Origin: Thiotrichaceae bacterium UBA5859
Lineage (GTDB): Bacteria > Pseudomonadota > Gammaproteobacteria > UBA5859
Assembly: GCA_002432655.1 (NCBI GenBank)
Contig: DJFZ01000032.1
Location: 1,775-65,774, forward strand
DNA: 64,000 nucleotides
Direction: 5' to 3'
A program made the translations under genes and the position numbers. The notes beneath the pieces were generated by a model. The model did no database searches. It was not told the DNA's origin and was given only the letters and a program-made list of their open reading frames with translations. Shown here piece after piece: positions 62,368-64,000 of this stretch. Every line of letters starts with the position of its first letter. The first letter of the stretch is position 1.

Positions 62368-63718
62368 GACAGATCACTTCTTCTCGGTATGTCTGAACGA
62401 CTGAATCAAACAACTGCGCTAACTGCTTGGAAAGCGTCTGACGTGAGTACTGTTTGATCTGTCCTAATTCACAGCAATTTTGCGCAAGATGAGTAGCGCG
62501 CCATAACTCGATTGCCGTGGCAACCGCCTCCTCCAATGCCATCGGATCCTTTGGATCGATTGCCCAGCCTGCCGACAAATTCGTGATCAGATCGCTACTG
62601 GCACCTGACTGTACTAATGCAAATACAGGTGTCTGTGTACGTAAATATTCAAATAGCTTGGCCGGAATCAAACTGCGGGTATCTTCAGATGCTTGCAACA
62701 ATAATAAGAGATCAGCTTTGGCCATTTTCTCTAAAGCCTCATGATAAGGTATACGCTCATGGAAGCTAACAGAACTTTGTAATTCATTCTGTCTAATTGA
62801 CTCAGCCATTGCGTCACTATGGGCGAATTGGCCTGGGCCATAAAACTCAATTCTGATCTCTTCCGCCGACAGCTTTCCATTGTTGATAAGTTTCCCTAAG
62901 GTATCGAATAGTGGCCGCGGATCGCGAAAATTATCATTGACGCTCCCGGCATGGATCATAGTAAAAGTGCTACTTTGCGGCTCTTTCTTTTGCTCGATAT
63001 GCACAAAATCCGTCTCATCGTATCCGTTATAGATAGTGCAAAACTTCTCGGACACTTGCGGGTATCGTCGCTTAAAAGAGTCGGACAACTCGTTTGTAGT
63101 ACTCACCACCGCATTGGCCTGCTGAATGTACCGAGCCTCTGTCTTGCGGGCATACTGATGAACCAGCCAAGGGGTACCCGGCTCCGGTGGCTCTTCATAC
63201 CAAGGATCTCGAAAATCCATCACCCAAGGGACAGCCATTTTTTTCTGCAATGCCGACGCAATGCTGTGTGCAGTCGCGTGAGGACTAGTGGAATAGATTA
63301 AATCGTAGGGATCTCGCCGATAGATCTCCACTCCTTGAGGCACTGCCCACCATTTCCAGCCCATCCAGCGATCAGGAAGAGCAAGAATAGATGGATAGAT
63401 CCCTTTGATTGATAATTGAGTCTTGGAATTAATATAAGGTGTTCTATAAAGCGTAACATGAGATCCCACTTGATCTGTCAAAGTGGCATCAGTCATCTCG
63501 TAAGCATCTTCCTTTACTGACAGAACTGATACTCTCCAGCCAGATTCAATTAGATAGTTCGCATACTTGAGCGTCCGCAATACTCCGCTGCTACTGGCTT
63601 CTGGAGGAAAATGAAATGCGACGAAAAGAGCATGTCTTTGGGTATTCTGATCCTTGCTACCCACTTTGCGGATCCGTACTGATCTTTGTAAACACCGGGG
63701 CGCCTTGAGTAGTGACAA
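62357..63718 (-). CDS. GT4-family glycosyltransferase
   Basis: N-terminal ALFVAFHFPPEASSSG (GT4 N-domain), C-terminal E-x7-E-like region; 453 aa. The 5' end overlaps the next ORF, so the true start may be internal or non-ATG. Confidence 0.7.
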   Translation of the reverse strand: MSLLKAPRCLQRSVRIRKVGSKDQNTQRHALFVAFHFPPEASSSGVLRTLKYANYLIESGWRVSVLSVKEDAYEMTDATLTDQVGSHVTLYRTPYINSKTQLSIKGIYPSILALPDRWMGWKWWAVPQGVEIYRRDPYDLIYSTSPHATAHSIASALQKKMAVPWVMDFRDPWYEEPPEPGTPWLVHQYARKTEARYIQQANAVVSTTNELSDSFKRRYPQVSEKFCTIYNGYDETDFVHIEQKKEPQSSTFTMIHAGSVNDNFRDPRPLFDTLGKLINNGKLSAEEIRIEFYGPGQFAHSDAMAESIRQNELQSSVSFHERIPYHEALEKMAKADLLLLLQASEDTRSLIPAKLFEYLRTQTPVFALVQSGASSDLITNLSAGWAIDPKDPMALEEAVATAIELWRATHLAQNCCELGQIKQYSRQTLSKQLAQLFDSVVQTYREEVICRER

Positions 63719-64000
63719 AGCCCCGTCGTTTGACTTTGTTTTGCTCCTGCTGCACCAAATCTAACTCTCGACGTTCCCGATCTAATACTACCGACAGAAT
63801 TATAAAAAGGAACGCCAAATCAAAATAAGCAACACTTAGAAAGGCCCCAGTAGCGGCAAACGCAAACATACCGTAACGCAAACCCTTGGCAAAACTAGAA
63901 ATCCAATAGTGTTCAGAATCTTTCTTAAAGGTGCGTGCTGTTTTCGACAAGGTGCGATAGGTAGCCAACAATAATGCCATGTAAAGGAAAAGCCCCAAAA
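63657..64000 (-). CDS. C-terminal part of a polytopic membrane protein, cut by the window edge
   Basis: Frame open to position 64000; two hydrophobic helices then a basic, charged tail; the N-terminus lies outside the window. Confidence 0.35.
   Translation of the reverse strand, partial: LGLFLYMALLLATYRTLSKTARTFKKDSEHYWISSFAKGLRYGMFAFAATGAFLSVAYFDLAFLFIILSVVLDRERRELDLVQQEQNKVKRRGFVTTQGAPVFTKISTDPQSG

Noticed and set aside
1-64000. CRISPR arrays, rRNA, tRNA, IS elements or integrases
   Set aside because: I found no direct-repeat or spacer periodicity, no rRNA-like conserved stretches, no transposase or integrase ORFs, and no tRNA-shaped sequences in the intergenic regions I inspected. tRNAs cannot be fully excluded without tRNAscan.

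Overview
This 64-kb window reads as a chromosomal segment of a Gram-negative bacterium, probably a gammaproteobacterium at roughly 45-50% GC. I could not compute GC exactly. The first ~29 kb are a conserved housekeeping block on the minus strand with Pseudomonas-like synteny. It runs cysS (cut by the window edge), ppiA-lpxH on the plus strand, then metZ-purF-cvpA-dedD-folC-accD-trpA-trpB-trpF-truA-fimV-asd-leuB-leuD-leuC, and a divergent LysR regulator. It is followed by sppA, a small regulatory/redox cluster (a TfoX_N-only protein, DoxX, an HTH+receiver fusion, a CheY-like protein) and metH. From ~29 kb the content becomes accessory. It holds a Cys-rich hypothetical, an O-methyltransferase, a TPR protein, and two tandem paralogous LuxI/FeeM-like acyltransferases of the type associated with PEP-CTERM/exosortase systems. 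Directly downstream on the same strand sits a three-gene envelope exporter: LolA-like periplasmic protein, outer-membrane beta-barrel, MMPL/RND transporter. From 39.3 kb to the window end there is a PEP-CTERM/exosortase-type exopolysaccharide locus. It comprises a textbook PEP-CTERM structural gene with a perfect sigma-54 -24/-12 promoter and an intrinsic terminator, and an upstream operon encoding galE, an EpsB-type priming sugar transferase, the PrsK sensor kinase, the sigma-54-dependent regulator PrsR, two tandem ~920-aa PrsT-like TPR proteins and an unexpected ThiF/E1-like enzyme. The rest of the locus holds an S1 protease, an O-antigen-ligase-like membrane protein, a FemAB-like protein, an asparagine-synthetase-like protein lacking its N-terminal Cys nucleophile, a polysaccharide deacetylase, a methyltransferase and a GT4 glycosyltransferase. 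The exosortase gene itself is not in the window. I saw no rRNA or CRISPR, and no tRNA in the intergenic regions I inspected. The most novel-looking element is the tandem acyltransferase pair coupled to the MMPL/LolA-like/OMP exporter next to the PEP-CTERM locus, which I read as a candidate lipid (N-acyl) product synthesis-and-export module. The E1-like enzyme embedded in the prsKRT operon is the second most interesting.
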